A stretch of 64,000 bases of DNA from Dehalococcoidia bacterium UBA2247 (lineage in GTDB: Bacteria; Chloroflexota; Dehalococcoidia; UBA2247), in NCBI GenBank assembly GCA_002347295.1, contig DDXZ01000030.1, positions 45,216 to 109,215 on the forward strand, given 5' to 3'. A program made the translations under genes and the position numbers. Of this stretch, positions 61,078-64,000 are shown piece by piece. Under the pieces are notes generated by a model. The model was not told the DNA's origin and searched no databases. It saw only the letters and a program-made list of their open reading frames with translations. How positions within the stretch are numbered: the first letter of the stretch is position 1; each line of letters begins with the position of its first letter.

Positions 61078-61320
61078 ATTTCTCTCCTCCTTTTAAGATC
61101 TGTAGATAATTTATTCAAATAAATTAAGAAAATAATACGACATTAACAGGCAACTTGTCATTTTTTCATCAGTGATATATCACTTTAGCGATTAACCCGA
61201 CGGGGTCCTGTTTCCGGTAACAACTTACCACAAATAAACAAGCTCAGTGACGCAATACTGGTATAGGATAGAAAAAACGTACACCAAAGTCATGTAAAAT
61301 AGAACGACGGAGGTGTCATG

Positions 61321-62498
61321 ATGAAAGGGATCCCATGAGGGAAGTACACGAAAGAGTTCCGCCAGGAAGCAGTCAAACTGGTTATTGAGGAGAAGTTGTC
61401 CTGGGGGAAGGCCGGACGGTGGTTAAATCTGGCGCCATCAACCATTGGCAACTGGGTCAAGGCTTACCAGAAAGGCAAACTGGGAGAGATCGGCAAGGCG
61501 TACCGACCTCTGACCGATACCGAGATGGAGCTGGCGAGGACCAAGAAGGAACTGTTTGAAGTGAAGATGGAGCGGGATATCTTAAAAAAAGCAGTTGCGT
61601 ACTTTGTCAGGGAGTCGCTGCCCGGTACGCGGTCATGAGAGTAATGCGGCTCACTTATCCTCTTCCCCTTCCAGGTCGTATGCTTAAAGTCTTCTTAAGT
61701 GGTTACTACGGCTGGATAGACCGCCCGCTATCAAAGCGAGATCTGGAGGAGTTGCGGCTGGGGTTGGAAATCAAGGTGGCGCATCGGCGTACCCGGCAGA
61801 CTTACGGAGCGGAGAGATTACAGCATGAGCTGGCGGAGCATGGTGTGAGAGTGGGGATTTGCCGCCTCAAGCGTCTGCGGCGGAAGCTGGGAATAAGATG
61901 TAAGCAGAGGAAGAAGTTCAAGGCTACTACGGACTCGAAGCATAAACTACTGGTGGCCCAGAATCTGCTTAAGCAGGAGTTCAAGGTGTCTGCCCCTGAT
62001 AAGGTATGGGGTCAGCGACATCACCTATGTACCCACGGATGAAGGATGGCTGTACCTGGCCGGGCACAAGGACCTATTCAACGGAGAGATCGTGGGCTAT
62101 GCTATGGGGGAGAGGTTGAGTAAGAATCTGATAGAAGAATCTCTTCTGCGAGCAGTATCGTTAAGGCCGCCGGAGAAGGAGATATTGCATCACTCCGACC
62201 GTGGTGTTCAATACTGCAGCGGCGAGTACCGGAGGTTGCTGAAGTGTTTTGGGCTGGTAGTAGTATCAATGAGCGGGAAAGGGAACTGTTATGATAATGC
62301 ACCGATGGAGAGTTTTTGGGCATTCTCAAACAGGAATTGGTGTACCACAGTCATTACCGCACTCGGCGGGAAGCGATGGCTGAGATAAGAGAATACATAG
62401 AGATCTTCTCTAACCGGGAGCGTTTGCAGGTCGGGTTGGGTTATTTATCCCCGGCAGCATACATCCAGAAATATTACCAGGGATTACTGGTAGCATGA
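61321..62498 (+). mobile_element. IS3-family element remnant (orfA with in-frame TGA at 61336-61338; orfB DDE domain broken by at least 2 frameshifts)
   Basis: orfA HTH/leucine zipper ('YTKEFRQEAVKLV...MELARTKKELFEVKMERDILKKA') with an A6G slippery run at 61585-61591. orfB rve pieces are ORFs 61635..62042, 62092..62388 and 62316..62498. Confidence 0.6.
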
Positions 62499-62849
62499 GA
62501 GGTTTGGTTTACGTTATTGACATCCAACACCAAACACTTCGGAGTAATTATAGAGATTACCCTGTATTACCTCTACCTTATTCTCAATACCCGCGATACG
62601 ATTACGGTTAATAGCAATATCAAAAAAGAACGACTTCTTCACCATCCGCCACAAGCATACGTGCCAGCTCTGTTCCGATAAATCCAGTTCCACCGGTAAT
62701 TAATTGTCATTTTTTTCCACTCCCTTAAATATCCATTATACATTTATACATTACATAAAAAATATTGAAAACAGATAATTATCCATCTAATATGACATAA
62801 CATCATTACTATCCCGACTCAAAACGACGATTGATTCTAGAACAGCGAA

Positions 62850-63854
62850 TTGTTACACTTACTAATAATAATGACTTACTCTTTAATTATAGAAAACATT
62901 GATAATCTGTCTTCCTCATGGAACCAGAAATACAACCACCTCAAGGGTAATTCTATCTTTATATATCCAGGCTGGCTCAAAGTATGGTGGCAACAATTCG
63001 GTGCCGGTGAACTGTATCTTTCCATTATCCAAGAAGATGATCATATTATTGGTTTTGCTCCTCTTGTAATTAATAACGCCACAGCATCATTTGTGGGCAG
63101 TCCGGATGTTTGTGATTATCTTGATTTTCTTATTACTCCCGGACGTGAAAGAGATTTTTTTTATGTCCTATGTCTCGAGTTACAAAAAAAAGGAATCAGG
63201 CAACTAAATCTGAATCCCGTACGTGAAGACTCTAATATATATTCCCATTTACTAAAGATAGCAGAGCAAATGGGATATCAAACTTCCAGTGTCTATACTG
63301 ATGTATCACTGGAAATTGAACTCCCCTCCGACTGGAATACATATCTAAATATGTTGAACACAAAACAACGTCATGAAGTAAGAAGAAAATTGAATCGCTT
63401 ATATGAAGCTGGTAAAGTTAATTATTATACGGTTGGTAATGATACTGATATTGCTAAAAAAATGGATTTATTTTTAAAAATGTTCCGGGAAAGCCGTCGA
63501 GAAGAAAAAGCCAATTTCATGACCGTAAAAATGGAGGCCTTTTTCAGGTCTTTTGCGGAGAGTATGCCCATAGCTCATCTTTTGCGAATGGGCATTCTTG
63601 AACTGGACGGTCTTCCTGTCGCTTCAGTTTTAAGTTTTATTTATAACAACAGAGAATATCTTTATAATAGCGCTTACTATCCTCAATTCAGTAACTTAAG
63701 TGTTGGTCTTATGGCAAAAGTACTCCACATTAAGGATAGCATTGAACAGGGCAGGTCTATTTATGATTTTCTTAAAGGTGCAGAGCCCTATAAATATCGT
63801 CTGGGAGGAACAGAAAAAAGAATATATAATTGCGGGATAACGCTGTATAATTGA
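62850..63854 (+). CDS. GNAT-fold acetyltransferase (FemAB/BioF2-like Acetyltransf_6 family)
   Basis: Overall pattern of the CelD/BioF2-like acyltransferase family. Moderate confidence only. Confidence 0.45.
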   Translation: MLHLLIIMTYSLIIENIDNLSSSWNQKYNHLKGNSIFIYPGWLKVWWQQFGAGELYLSIIQEDDHIIGFAPLVINNATASFVGSPDVCDYLDFLITPGRERDFFYVLCLELQKKGIRQLNLNPVREDSNIYSHLLKIAEQMGYQTSSVYTDVSLEIELPSDWNTYLNMLNTKQRHEVRRKLNRLYEAGKVNYYTVGNDTDIAKKMDLFLKMFRESRREEKANFMTVKMEAFFRSFAESMPIAHLLRMGILELDGLPVASVLSFIYNNREYLYNSAYYPQFSNLSVGLMAKVLHIKDSIEQGRSIYDFLKGAEPYKYRLGGTEKRIYNCGITLYN

Positions 63855-63883
63855 CATAACTTTTTATATATTCAACCAGAATT

Positions 63884-64000
63884 ATGAATATTGCAATATT
63901 AAGTATTCACAGTTGTCCGCTAGGACGATTGGGTAGTAAGGATACCGGTGGTATGAGCGTTTACATACGTGAACTCGCACGTGAATTAGGTAAGCGCGGT
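63884..64000 (+). CDS. glycosyltransferase family 4, N-terminal fragment (3'-partial at window edge)
   Basis: 'IAILSIHSCPLGRLGSKDTGGMSVYIRELARELGKRG' is a typical GT4 N-terminal domain start. Confidence 0.5.
   Translation, partial: MNIAILSIHSCPLGRLGSKDTGGMSVYIRELARELGKRG

Noticed and set aside
57696-62500. Alternative genetic code with UGA as a sense codon (in-frame TGA in the FAD oxidoreductase and IS3 orfA)
   Set aside because: Long essential genes (dnaE, priA, proS, mutS2 and others) are uninterrupted in the standard code and use TGA and TAA as terminators. The in-frame stops are confined to accessory and mobile genes and co-occur with a TAA nonsense and multiple frameshifts, so decay is the more likely explanation.

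Overview
This is a bacterial chromosomal window with low-to-moderate GC. It uses the standard genetic code, since long housekeeping ORFs are intact and end in TAA, TGA or TAG. The core genes are clearly syntenic. They include priA-rplS-trmD, mazG, tRNA-Pro, thrB-lysC, queA, ogt, dnaE, a PHP phosphoesterase, ymdB-like, rny, mscS, plsX and fabF. A classic rpsB-tsf-pyrH-frr-uppS-cdsA-dxr-rseP-ispG-proS cluster follows on the minus strand, then mutS2. The window is heavily colonised and scarred by mobile DNA. An integrase-bounded islet at 3.1-8.3 kb has a nonsense-mutated tyrosine recombinase, a frameshifted HigB/Gp49-like toxin with an XRE antitoxin, a putative PD-(D/E)xK nuclease pair and two unknown ORFs. 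An intact IS481-like element with 20-bp inverted repeats lies at 7371-8288. A decayed IS5-family transposase sits at 25.5-26.4 kb and a truncated IS5 transposase at 30.6 kb. Two inverted, frameshifted copies of a ~1065-bp rve-type IS (27847-28911 and 53107-54271) bracket 24 kb that includes the rpsB-proS cluster. The second copy carries a ~97-bp MITE with 15-bp TIRs. A decayed IS3-family element lies at 61.3-62.5 kb. Several short exact repeats are shared between distant loci: 18-bp tRNA-3'-end-like direct repeats at 31661 and 40007, a 38-bp inverted pair at 12057 and 25321, and a 21-bp motif at 8299 and 62512. The most interesting gene-level observation is a mutS2 (Smr-domain, RqcU-like) gene immediately followed by a Vms1/VLRF1-like putative peptidyl-tRNA hydrolase, which suggests a compact ribosome-rescue/RQC module. 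Three independent in-frame nonsense codons at conserved positions (integrase TAA; FAD oxidoreductase and IS3 orfA TGA), plus several frameshifts, indicate ongoing gene decay rather than recoding.
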